From Patescibacteria group bacterium (GTDB lineage: Bacteria > Patescibacteriota > Microgenomatia > UBA1400 > PJMF01), in the NCBI GenBank assembly GCA_049322655.1, contig JBMORP010000006.1, positions 256,410 through 320,409 on the forward strand: 64,000 bases of DNA, read 5' to 3'. Every line of letters begins with the position of its first letter. Position 1 is the first letter of the stretch. The notes beneath the pieces are model-generated. The model saw only the letters and a program-made list of their open reading frames with translations. It was not told the origin of the DNA and did no database searches. Position numbers and translations under genes: made by a program. Below, piece after piece: positions 27,856-36,920 of the stretch.

Positions 27856-28581
27856 TTAAGCTTTTGATTCTAGAAAAATTTTGTCAATTTCTTGTTTAGT
27901 TAATAGCCTTGCTTCTCCTGGCTTTAACTTGCCCAATACTAGCCCTCCGACGGCAACTCTCACCAGTTTTTTTACTTCCAAATTAATAGCTTTCATCATT
28001 CTTCTAATCTGTCTATTTAATCCTTGGTATAAAGTTATTTCCAAAATCGCAATCCCATCATCTTTATCCAAAACTCTAATTTCAGCTGGAGAGAACTTGC
28101 CTCTCTTCATTTTTATTCCCTTACGAATCTGCAATAGACCATTGCTACTAATTTTTCCAACCACTGAAACATGATAAATTTTGGGTAAATGATGGCTGGG
28201 ATGAGTCAACCTATTGGTAAACTTACCATCATTAGTGAGAATAATTAAGCCTTCAGAATCAACATCCAATCTTCCCACAGGATAAACTCTTTGTTTAGTT
28301 TCAACCAATGAAGTTACCACTGGTTTTCCTTCTGGATCATGAGTTGAACTAACATAACCAACTGGTTTATAAACTAACCAATATTCGAAATGCTTAGGCG
28401 CTGAAGTTGGTGGGTAAATTTTTTTCCCAACTTGAACTGTATCCTGGTAATCATCAACTTTGTCACCTAATCTAGCAACTTGATGATTAATTAAAACTTT
28501 TTTCTTCTCGATTAATTCATCGATTTTTCTTCTGGAAGCAACTCCTAAACTAGCCAAATATTTATTGATTCTTTGCAACAT
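27856..28581 (-). CDS. pseudouridine synthase, RsuA/RluB family
   Basis: N-terminal S4 domain (LQRINKYLASLGVASRR) and catalytic VGRLDVDSEGL. Confidence 0.85.
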   Translation of the reverse strand: MLQRINKYLASLGVASRRKIDELIEKKKVLINHQVARLGDKVDDYQDTVQVGKKIYPPTSAPKHFEYWLVYKPVGYVSSTHDPEGKPVVTSLVETKQRVYPVGRLDVDSEGLIILTNDGKFTNRLTHPSHHLPKIYHVSVVGKISSNGLLQIRKGIKMKRGKFSPAEIRVLDKDDGIAILEITLYQGLNRQIRRMMKAINLEVKKLVRVAVGGLVLGKLKPGEARLLTKQEIDKIFLESKA

Positions 28582-28694
28582 AACTACCCATCTAAGATAC
28601 TTTTAACAAGATAACTAAAGATGTATTATACCTTTGTTTTGTAACTAACAAAAAATAAAATTGTCTTCTCTAGAAGACTAGAATCAGGAACAAA

Positions 28695-29942
28695 ATGAAA
28701 ATCACTGATATTTACGGCAGACAAGTTTTAGATTCCAGAGGTAATCCAACTATAGAAGTTGAAGTTACTGTTGAGGGTAACTTTATGGGCAGAGCAACTA
28801 TTCCAAGTGGGGCATCTACTGGGGCTCACGAGGCTTTGGAGTTAAGAGATGGTGGTGATTTATACCTTGGTCAAAGTGTGCTCAAAGCAGTTGAAAATGT
28901 TAATACTACTCTCAAAAAAGCCATTGTTGGTAATGATTATGAACAAATAACTTTAGACAGATTCATGATCGAATTAGATGGCACTGAAAAAAAAGAAAAG
29001 CTTGGTGCTAATGCTATTTTAGGAATCTCTCTTGCTTTTGCTTGGGCCTGTAGTCACGCTCAACACCGCCCTCTATACGAATATATTGGCGAACTTTATG
29101 AAAATAAAAACTTTGTTTTGCCAAGACCAATGTTAAATATTATGAATGGTGGCAAACACGCAGGTTGGGCTACTGATATCCAAGAATATATGGTCATACC
29201 CATGACGGCTCCTACTTGGAATGAAAAAATTAGAACTGGAGTAGAGATTTTTCAACATTTACAAAAAATTATCAAAGCCAAAGGTTACTCAACCAATGTT
29301 GGCAATGAAGGTGGCTTTGCCCCAGAAGTAAAATCTAATACCGAAGCTTTAGACTTAATTGTCGCAGCAATCGAAAAAGCTGGTTACTCACTCGGAGATG
29401 AAGTGATGATTGGTTTTGATGCTGCCGCCACCGAGTTTTATAACACCACCACGGGCAACTATGAGCTAAAGAAAGATAAACAAACGCTCACTCCAGATCA
29501 AATGGTTGATTGGGTCATTAACCTATCCCAAAAATATCCAGTCGCTTCTTTTGAAGATATGCTGGCTGAAGATGATTGGACTACCTGGTCAAAATTGACC
29601 GAAAAAGTTGGTAACAAAATTCAGATTGTCGGTGATGATTTATTAGTTACTAATAAAAAACGAATTGCTGAGGCTATTAATAAAAAATCTTGTAACGCTT
29701 TACTCGTCAAACTCAACCAAATTGGCACCCTGACAGAAACTTTAGAAGCCATGAAAACTAGTGAACAAGCTGGTTGGAAAAATGTGGTATCTCACCGCAG
29801 TGGTGAAACTGAAGATGTCACAATTTCTCACTTGGTTGTTGGTACTGGGGCTGGTCAAATCAAAACTGGAGCTCCTAGTAGAAGTGAGCGAACAGCCAAG
29901 TATAATGAATTGACCAGAATTGCTGAAAAACTAGAAAAATAA
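28695..29942 (+). CDS. eno: enolase (phosphopyruvate hydratase)
   Basis: 415 aa; GASTGxHEALELRDG and SHRSGETED motifs conserved throughout. Confidence 0.95.
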   Translation: MKITDIYGRQVLDSRGNPTIEVEVTVEGNFMGRATIPSGASTGAHEALELRDGGDLYLGQSVLKAVENVNTTLKKAIVGNDYEQITLDRFMIELDGTEKKEKLGANAILGISLAFAWACSHAQHRPLYEYIGELYENKNFVLPRPMLNIMNGGKHAGWATDIQEYMVIPMTAPTWNEKIRTGVEIFQHLQKIIKAKGYSTNVGNEGGFAPEVKSNTEALDLIVAAIEKAGYSLGDEVMIGFDAAATEFYNTTTGNYELKKDKQTLTPDQMVDWVINLSQKYPVASFEDMLAEDDWTTWSKLTEKVGNKIQIVGDDLLVTNKKRIAEAINKKSCNALLVKLNQIGTLTETLEAMKTSEQAGWKNVVSHRSGETEDVTISHLVVGTGAGQIKTGAPSRSERTAKYNELTRIAEKLEK

Positions 29943-29958
29943 AAACTAACAAAAGACC

Positions 29959-30582
29959 ATGAAGTTGTTTACCAATCCACTAGTTTGGCTGCAAAAGTTT
30001 GTTGCCACCAACCAAAAAGCAGTCATTAGATTTAGCTATCTATTGATGATCACCCTAATTGGGCTGGTCGTGACGACCTATTTGGTAAAAGACTACCGAG
30101 TTTATTGGTCTGAACTAGGTAAAAAGGCCGCTACGCTGAGTTTGATCTTGTTTTGGGTGACACTCATTCCAGGAATATTAAAAAGATTTCAATTAACTGG
30201 TATTTTTATGCCCATTAGAGTGATCATCATGCTTTTTAGAAAAGAAATCGGGATTTTAATGTTTCTTTTGGCCTTTGCTCATTACTTTTGGTCCAGATTT
30301 CTACCCATCTTGGTAATAAAAGGTGATCTGCTTGCTTTTAGCCTCTTTGAAATTTTTGGCTTGGGAGCTCTAGTCTTAGCTTTCCCAATGTTTATCACTT
30401 CTAATGATTTATCGATTCAAAAACTTGGCAAAGTCTGGAAATTAATTCATTCGGCCACTTATATAATAATTTGGCTTTTGTTTCTTCATGTTGTTTTGAG
30501 AAACCCAGACATTAAAGCCTTAATCACTTTAATTTTGGGTTGTCTAACTTTGGCCTCATTGGCTAAAGAAAAAACTAGTTAA
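29959..30582 (+). CDS. ferric-reductase-like transmembrane domain protein (MsrQ/YedZ-like, putative b-heme membrane protein)
   Basis: 207 aa, six TM helices with His residues inside helices (AFAHYFW, IHSATY, FLHVV). Confidence 0.5.
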   Translation: MKLFTNPLVWLQKFVATNQKAVIRFSYLLMITLIGLVVTTYLVKDYRVYWSELGKKAATLSLILFWVTLIPGILKRFQLTGIFMPIRVIIMLFRKEIGILMFLLAFAHYFWSRFLPILVIKGDLLAFSLFEIFGLGALVLAFPMFITSNDLSIQKLGKVWKLIHSATYIIIWLLFLHVVLRNPDIKALITLILGCLTLASLAKEKTS

Positions 30583-30997
30583 GATCACCAATATAAAAAT
30601 TCTGTAATAAAGACATAGCCTCAGCAGAATGAGGTCGTTTAGTCTCCTTGCCAATATTGTTCCACATCTCTGTAGCATCTTTCCCACAACCCTTATTCAT
30701 AGCCTTACCTCCTGGGTGAACTTGCTCTGCAATATAAAGAGTCACATCATAAACTCTGCCCTCAATGGCCATCCAACAATCTTCTGCAGTAGCATGCTGA
30801 GCCACTTCTTCCAAAGAAAAACTATTAGTTTCAACTGGTTGTTGTTTTTGTCTCTGGTAGTAATTAAAAAATAAAAAACTCGCACCAAAAATAATCACTA
30901 ACAAACTAATAATCAAAGATTTAAAACGAGGATTTCTAGTTATTTTTTTTCTTGGCTTAGCTTTTTTGTTAATTTTCGAGGGTAGTTTTTTGGGCAT
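30575..30997 (-). CDS. membrane-anchored cytochrome b5-like heme-binding domain protein
   Basis: N-terminal basic segment plus TM helix, then a b5 fold: EDCWMAIEGRVYDVT...HPGG...RPHSAEA (both axial His present). Confidence 0.75.
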   Translation of the reverse strand: MPKKLPSKINKKAKPRKKITRNPRFKSLIISLLVIIFGASFLFFNYYQRQKQQPVETNSFSLEEVAQHATAEDCWMAIEGRVYDVTLYIAEQVHPGGKAMNKGCGKDATEMWNNIGKETKRPHSAEAMSLLQNFYIGDLN

Positions 30998-31069
30998 GAC
31001 TAAAAAAATAGATAATTACTAACAGCTATCCATTCTAATTTAAATCTTAACTGGCTTAAAGCAGGAAAA

Positions 31070-31495
31070 TTACTCTAGATCACCAATATAAAAATTTGCT
31101 AAATAACCTTCAGCTTTCTCAGAGTGAGAACCGCTCCCATTGGGTCTATTTCTAAATAATTCACTAGCATCAGAACCACACCCCAACAAGATTGCTTCAC
31201 CTCCCGGATGAATGCCTTGTTTGATATAGGCAGTTACATCATAAACCTTACCCTCGATAACAAGCCAGCAATCACTAGCTGAGGAATGTTCTTTAACATC
31301 AGCTAAAGTATATGTTTCCATTTCATTTTGGTTGTCACCAGTCGGCTGGTTGTCAACCCCAACAAGTTGTTGCTCCTGAACAGGCAAGTCAGTGACAGCT
31401 GGTATTGGCTTATCCTGGCTAGAAACTAGATAATTATTAAGTAAAAAACCAACAGCTACTAACAATAACAAAATTAAAAAAAAATTTTTAGTCAT
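31070..31495 (-). CDS. membrane-anchored cytochrome b5-like heme-binding domain protein (paralog)
   Basis: Signal anchor, then SDCWLVIEGKVYDVT...HPGG...SHSEKA. The C-terminal FYIGDL motif is shared with the upstream paralog. Confidence 0.75.
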   Translation of the reverse strand: MTKNFFLILLLLVAVGFLLNNYLVSSQDKPIPAVTDLPVQEQQLVGVDNQPTGDNQNEMETYTLADVKEHSSASDCWLVIEGKVYDVTAYIKQGIHPGGEAILLGCGSDASELFRNRPNGSGSHSEKAEGYLANFYIGDLE

Positions 31496-31632
31496 AAAAA
31501 ATCTCGGTTACTTAATAACTCAATTTCAGATTACAGTATAACTAATAACTAAGCATGAATGAGTGAAAAAAATTACAAAAAATGTGAGCTGAATTACTAA
31601 GTTTTTATTTAGAAAGAAAGTATAATGATGAT

Positions 31633-32379
31633 ATGAGTTTTTCATTAGATGGTTCTCAAGTCGGTTTTATCACGGCTTACTTAGCTGGTTTGTTAACTTT
31701 TTTTGCTTCTTGTATCTTACCTTTAGTTCCTACTTACTTGGGTTATTTATCAGGAATTGCTTTCAGAGATTTAGATAAAAAAGAAAATAGTCTTAAAATC
31801 TTTAAAACAGCCAGTATTTTTGTTTTTGGCTTTGTCCTGAGTTTTGTTTTGATGGGCTTATTACTTCAAAGATTGGCTGGTTTATTGATTGTTTATCGGC
31901 CAATGATTGAAAAAGTAAGCGGAGTTTTCTTTATAGTTTTTGGTCTTTATCTCTTGGGCATTTTCAAATCAAGATTTTTAGCCAAAGAAAAACAAACTAA
32001 TTTAAATAATTTTTTTGAAAAAAATATCTACCTTCATGCGTTGTTTACAGGGCTAGGCTTTGGTTTTAGCTGGACACCTTGTATTGGGCCAGTCCTAGCA
32101 GTAATTCTTTACTGGTCTGCCCAAGCAGAAACAACAATAATCGGCTCCTTACTACTAGTTAGCTTTGGTTTTGGAATTGGCACACCATTCTTGCTCGTCT
32201 CGTTAGCTTTTGAAAAACTTGTCCCCTTATTAAAAAGATACAAACACATCAGTAAGTATATTACTTATATATCAGGAGCAATTGTTTTATTATTCGGTTT
32301 ACTTTTATTTTTAGGTCAATATCAAACTTTGGCTATTGGTCTAGTAAATTTTTTATCGATTTCTGCTAAATCATTTTAG
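31633..32379 (+). CDS. ccdA: cytochrome c-type biogenesis / thiol-disulfide transporter CcdA (DsbD TM-core family)
   Basis: Conserved Cys in TM1 (FASCILPLVPTYLGY) and TM4 (WTPCIGPVLA). Confidence 0.8.
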   Translation: MSFSLDGSQVGFITAYLAGLLTFFASCILPLVPTYLGYLSGIAFRDLDKKENSLKIFKTASIFVFGFVLSFVLMGLLLQRLAGLLIVYRPMIEKVSGVFFIVFGLYLLGIFKSRFLAKEKQTNLNNFFEKNIYLHALFTGLGFGFSWTPCIGPVLAVILYWSAQAETTIIGSLLLVSFGFGIGTPFLLVSLAFEKLVPLLKRYKHISKYITYISGAIVLLFGLLLFLGQYQTLAIGLVNFLSISAKSF

Positions 32380-32380
32380 T

Positions 32381-33436
32381 TTACTCAATCCACATTGCAT
32401 CACCAAAACTAAAAAATCGATAGTTTTTCTTGATTGCTTCCAGATAAGCTTTGCCAATTAAACAACTAGTAAAATCACTAAACTTAATAGAAGTATTGGG
32501 AAAAGACACCAAAGAACTAACCAACATTAATAGACTAGATTTTGGCAAATGAAAGTTGGTAATTAAAGAATCAACAAACTCAAATTTATATGGAGGAAAA
32601 ATAAATAAGTCGGTAGAACCTGTGCCTGGCTTGATTTGACCATTCTCAACCACACTTTCCAAAGTTCTAGCCGAAGTAGTGCCAACCGCAATAATTCTCT
32701 TACCAACTTTTTTAGCTTGGTTAAGTCTTTCTGCTACTTTTTTTTCTACCTCATAAAACTCTTGATGGAGTTTTTTAGTTTTAAGATTTTCTGGTCTTAA
32801 ATTTTGAAAAGTGCCCAAACCAACATGAAGTGTTATTTTTTCTATCTGAACACCTCTTGCCTGCAGTTTTTTTAATAAATTATCAGTAAAATGTAAACCA
32901 GCTGTTGGCGCTGCCGCAGATCCACGATTCTTGGCATAAACAGTTTGATATTTTTTCCTTAAATCATTTTCTGATAATTCACTTTCAATATATGGAGGAA
33001 TTGGTGTGTGGCCATGTTTATCTAATAACTTATCAATATTTTCATTACTTATAATCTCTACTTGTAACTCCCCAGAGACTGATTTTTCCAAGACCTTAGC
33101 AAAACTAGTTGAATTAAAAATAATTTTTTGCTGAATTTTTAAATTTGGTTTACCAATAGCTGTCCATTTGTTTTCACCTAAAGGTCTTAGTAAAAGTAAT
33201 TCTGCCGCCTTTCCAGACTCTTTTTCCCCAAATAACCTAGCTGGAAAAACCTTACTTTCATTGATTACCAAAACATCGTTAACCGTTAATAATTCACTAA
33301 TATCACTAAAAACTAAATGCTGAAATTTGGTTGTTTGTCGATTAATTACTAATAGTTTAGCTGAATCTCTAGGCTCAGCTGGGAACTGGGCAATGCTAGG
33401 TTTGGGTAAAAAATAATCAAATAAATTAATATTCAT
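32381..33436 (-). CDS. queA: S-adenosylmethionine:tRNA ribosyltransferase-isomerase
   Basis: N-terminal FDYFLP..IAQFP and overall QueA similarity; 351 aa. Confidence 0.88.
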   Translation of the reverse strand: MNINLFDYFLPKPSIAQFPAEPRDSAKLLVINRQTTKFQHLVFSDISELLTVNDVLVINESKVFPARLFGEKESGKAAELLLLRPLGENKWTAIGKPNLKIQQKIIFNSTSFAKVLEKSVSGELQVEIISNENIDKLLDKHGHTPIPPYIESELSENDLRKKYQTVYAKNRGSAAAPTAGLHFTDNLLKKLQARGVQIEKITLHVGLGTFQNLRPENLKTKKLHQEFYEVEKKVAERLNQAKKVGKRIIAVGTTSARTLESVVENGQIKPGTGSTDLFIFPPYKFEFVDSLITNFHLPKSSLLMLVSSLVSFPNTSIKFSDFTSCLIGKAYLEAIKKNYRFFSFGDAMWIE

Positions 33437-33590
33437 AGGCCCACTATTATAACCTTAAACATCAAGTCATTAAGACTTGGAAACTATACTCATTACCAAT
33501 TAAAACCATAATGATAAAACCTAAAAATAAATATTATTGATCTTTCATCTTTATTTAATCCAATAAACAAGCTATTCTGATGCAAGGTTT

Positions 33591-34664
33591 ATGCTGAGTT
33601 TTTTTCAACAATTAATAATAATTATTAAACAAAAAAAATGGCTTTGGGGAGTTTTTTTAGGCATTATTACTTCAACTGCTATTACTACTTACCTACTAGG
33701 TAAAAACCAACTAACCACTAACAAAATAAACTCATTTATTCCCCAATTTAACCAAGAACAAACCACAAATATAGAAGATAAAGAATCTTTAACTGTGTTA
33801 TTGCTTGGTTATGGTGGTGCTGGACATCAAGGAGGATTTTTATCTGATGTCGTTCAAGTTATTCACTTTGATTTTATCCAAGCAAAAACCGTCATGATCT
33901 CAATCCCCAGAGATTTGTGGGTTTCTTTGCCCAATGGAACAGAAAATAAAATCAACGCTGCTTATAACTTAGATAGACAAAAGAATGATAATCAGGCCAC
34001 CACCACTAAAAAAATGGCTGAAGTAGTCACTGGTTTACCAATCGATTACTATTTAGCAGTTGATTTCGTTGGTTTTCAAAGAATTATTGGTGAAGAATTA
34101 GGAGGAATCGATGTCGAGATTAGCGAGCCACTAGATGACCCCTGGTATCCAATAAAAGGAGAAGAACTAAATACCTGTGGCAAAACCCCAGAAGAAGTAG
34201 CCGCTTTATCTACCCAATATTCTGGTTTTGAACTTGAAAAACAATTTGTTTGTCGCTATGAACACCTCTACTATCCAGCAGGAATAGTGCACATGGAAGG
34301 TGGAGACGCCCTAAAATTTGTCCGATCCAGACATGGCTCTGCTGGGGGAGATTTTTCTAGAGCAAAAAGACAACATGAAGTGTTATTAGCGATTAAAGAA
34401 AAACTTTTTTCACTGGAAGGAATAGATAATATTCCTGCTGTTTTCAAACAATTTGTTGAACATACTCAAACAGATCTAGATGCTAATTTAGCCGAAAAAT
34501 TATGGCCACTACTCAAAAGTACTAAAACCCATCAAACTATAAAAATTAACCTATCCACAGAAAACGTCTTTACTAGCGGGCATTCTTCTCAAGGAGCCTA
34601 TGTAATTCAACCAAAATCATCTTGGCAAAATGTTCATGATTACATTTATAATTTAATTAATTAA
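33591..34664 (+). CDS. LytR-CpsA-Psr (LCP) family cell-envelope phosphotransferase
   Basis: TM anchor followed by the LCP core (LLLGYGGAG...ISIPRDLWV). Confidence 0.85.
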   Translation: MLSFFQQLIIIIKQKKWLWGVFLGIITSTAITTYLLGKNQLTTNKINSFIPQFNQEQTTNIEDKESLTVLLLGYGGAGHQGGFLSDVVQVIHFDFIQAKTVMISIPRDLWVSLPNGTENKINAAYNLDRQKNDNQATTTKKMAEVVTGLPIDYYLAVDFVGFQRIIGEELGGIDVEISEPLDDPWYPIKGEELNTCGKTPEEVAALSTQYSGFELEKQFVCRYEHLYYPAGIVHMEGGDALKFVRSRHGSAGGDFSRAKRQHEVLLAIKEKLFSLEGIDNIPAVFKQFVEHTQTDLDANLAEKLWPLLKSTKTHQTIKINLSTENVFTSGHSSQGAYVIQPKSSWQNVHDYIYNLIN

Positions 34665-34667
34665 AAA

Positions 34668-35921
34668 ATGCTCAAACATACTTTTTTCTTAGCCAAAAAT
34701 CAAAGTAGTCAAAAACTGCTCCATTATATTTTGATTGTTACAATCGTGTTTTTTGCAGATGCAATTTTAGCTTTTTGGCTACCCACTTATCTTGATTTGA
34801 CTTTTTCTAGCTCAATGATCATGGGTTTAATTATTTCTTTTTCATCCGTAGTTGGTCTTGCTACAGATTTTTTGTTTCCTCAGCTATTTCCTAGTATTAG
34901 TGAGAAAAAGACACTAAATTTTACTTTATTTTTCCTAGCAGGTTTTATTGGTTTACTAATGTTGTCTTTGCAGTTCCCTTACTGGTGGATCTTTATTTTG
35001 GCGGTTTCTTCTTGGGGAATTTATTATGAATTCTTGACTTTTGCTAGTAAAATGTATGTTTCAGAACATGTCAATAAAAAACTTTATACTAACGCCTGGG
35101 CAGAAATAGATCTAGGTAAAAGTTTTGCTTACCTACTAGGACCTATTGTTGCTAGTATTTTACTAGTAAGAGGTAATTTTTCAGTGATTATTGCTAGTTT
35201 GATAGCTTTAATTTTAGCCCAGCTACTACTAAGTTTTTTCAAAGAGAACAACAAGGAAACTAAAGAACCAGATAAAACTCAACCCATTGCCATACAACCG
35301 GCTATGGAGTTAAGTCACTGGGTTTCCCTTGGAAAAAAAGTCTGGCCTGTCATTTTGCTGAATTTTTTAACAACCTCGATCGATGCTACTTTTTGGACAA
35401 CTGGAGCAGTTTTTGCTGAAAAAACGGTAGCAAGCTATCCATTAGCTATTTTTATCATGCCCCTTTATATGGCTCCAATGCTGATTGCTCAGGTTATTTT
35501 GATCAAAAAAGGCATAAATATAAACAAAGAAAAAAAGGCAACTTTGTTATTAATCATCAACGCTCTACTTCTAATAATTTTAGGTAGTATTCAAGTTGGT
35601 CATGGAGTTTTGTTAACAACTTTTGCGATAGGCTTATTAGTCTCATTCGCCTACCCATTAATAGAATCTAGCTACTCCGATCTGGAAGAAAGAATGGGTA
35701 TTCACAAAAAACACCTAATTGCCTTATCTTCTTCTATTTATAGTCTTGCCTACATTATTGCCCCAATTACTGCTGGCTTTATCGGCGATCTTTTTGGTGA
35801 ACAAAAATCATTCAGTTATTTAGGAATAATGGTCGGCTTTTTTGCAGTTATAACTTTGATTTTAAATAGAAAAAAAATCACTATTCCTCAAAAAGAAATC
35901 ACTACCTGGGATACAAAGTAA
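34668..35921 (+). CDS. MFS transporter
   Basis: 417 aa, 12 TM helices; start lies 4 nt after the LCP stop. Confidence 0.7.
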   Translation: MLKHTFFLAKNQSSQKLLHYILIVTIVFFADAILAFWLPTYLDLTFSSSMIMGLIISFSSVVGLATDFLFPQLFPSISEKKTLNFTLFFLAGFIGLLMLSLQFPYWWIFILAVSSWGIYYEFLTFASKMYVSEHVNKKLYTNAWAEIDLGKSFAYLLGPIVASILLVRGNFSVIIASLIALILAQLLLSFFKENNKETKEPDKTQPIAIQPAMELSHWVSLGKKVWPVILLNFLTTSIDATFWTTGAVFAEKTVASYPLAIFIMPLYMAPMLIAQVILIKKGININKEKKATLLLIINALLLIILGSIQVGHGVLLTTFAIGLLVSFAYPLIESSYSDLEERMGIHKKHLIALSSSIYSLAYIIAPITAGFIGDLFGEQKSFSYLGIMVGFFAVITLILNRKKITIPQKEITTWDTK

Positions 35922-36002
35922 ACTTTGCTCTATTGACTTTGTTAATAAATCAGTTAAATTTTAGCTACGAAAGAAACAATCCGCTTTTCAATTATTGTAG
36001 TT

Positions 36003-36920
36003 TTGTTTATAGCCATTTTTATTGGTATTAAAAATGGTTATCTTAGCTTTGCTGTAACTGAAAATAAAGAAATTGAACAAAATAATAAACAAAAATCAAA
36101 ATATCAATTTTTATCTAAATACGTTTCAGATAACCAAATCTCCCAAACTAAAACTAATGAATTTCAAAATAAAATTAATACTATAAAACAACAAAATCAA
36201 GAAATAGATTTTTCTGTCTATTTTAGAGACTTTAATAATGGCCCTTGGTTGAGTTACAATTCTTTGGTTTTTTTTGATGGGGCTAGCTTACTAAAATTAC
36301 CAATCTTAGTAACTTATCTAAAAGCTGCAGAAAAAAATGAATCATTGCTGCAACAAAAAGTTTTTTATGAATCAGCTTACTCATCCGATAGAAATCCAGA
36401 CGAAAAATTTGATCAAACTCTTAATGTTGGAGAAACATATACTATTGGTTACTTATTAGAGGTCATGACCACTAAATCTGACAATGTTGCTAAAAATATG
36501 CTTCAAGATTTGATCAATGAACTTGATATCAGACCAAACTTAGAAGAAACAAAAGAAATCCTTGGCGTTTATGATGAGACAACTAATTCAATTAGTAGTG
36601 AAAAATATGCTGGAATTTTCAGAATTTTATATAATGCAGAATACTTAACCCCACAAATGTCAGAAAAAGCTTTAGAAATTCTTTCTAGAGCAGAATATAA
36701 AGATGGCCTAGTTAATAAACTTCCAGATAATATCAAGGTTAGCCACAAATTCGGGGTAAGATATTCAAGTCAAAACAGCAACTATCAACTTCATGATTGT
36801 GGCATAATCTATGCAACTAATCCATATTCATTGTGTGTTATGACCATTGGCAACAATCCAGAAAAACAAAAGCAAATCATTTCAGAAATATCAAAAATAA
36901 GCTTCGAACTATTTAATTAA
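36003..36920 (+). CDS. class A beta-lactamase-like serine hydrolase (penicillin-binding-protein-like fold)
   Basis: SxxK (DGASLLK), an SDN-like SDNVAKN segment, and a KFG triad-like HKFGVR. TTG start; hydrophobic N-terminus. Confidence 0.6.
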   Translation: MFIAIFIGIKNGYLSFAVTENKEIEQNNKQKSKYQFLSKYVSDNQISQTKTNEFQNKINTIKQQNQEIDFSVYFRDFNNGPWLSYNSLVFFDGASLLKLPILVTYLKAAEKNESLLQQKVFYESAYSSDRNPDEKFDQTLNVGETYTIGYLLEVMTTKSDNVAKNMLQDLINELDIRPNLEETKEILGVYDETTNSISSEKYAGIFRILYNAEYLTPQMSEKALEILSRAEYKDGLVNKLPDNIKVSHKFGVRYSSQNSNYQLHDCGIIYATNPYSLCVMTIGNNPEKQKQIISEISKISFELFN

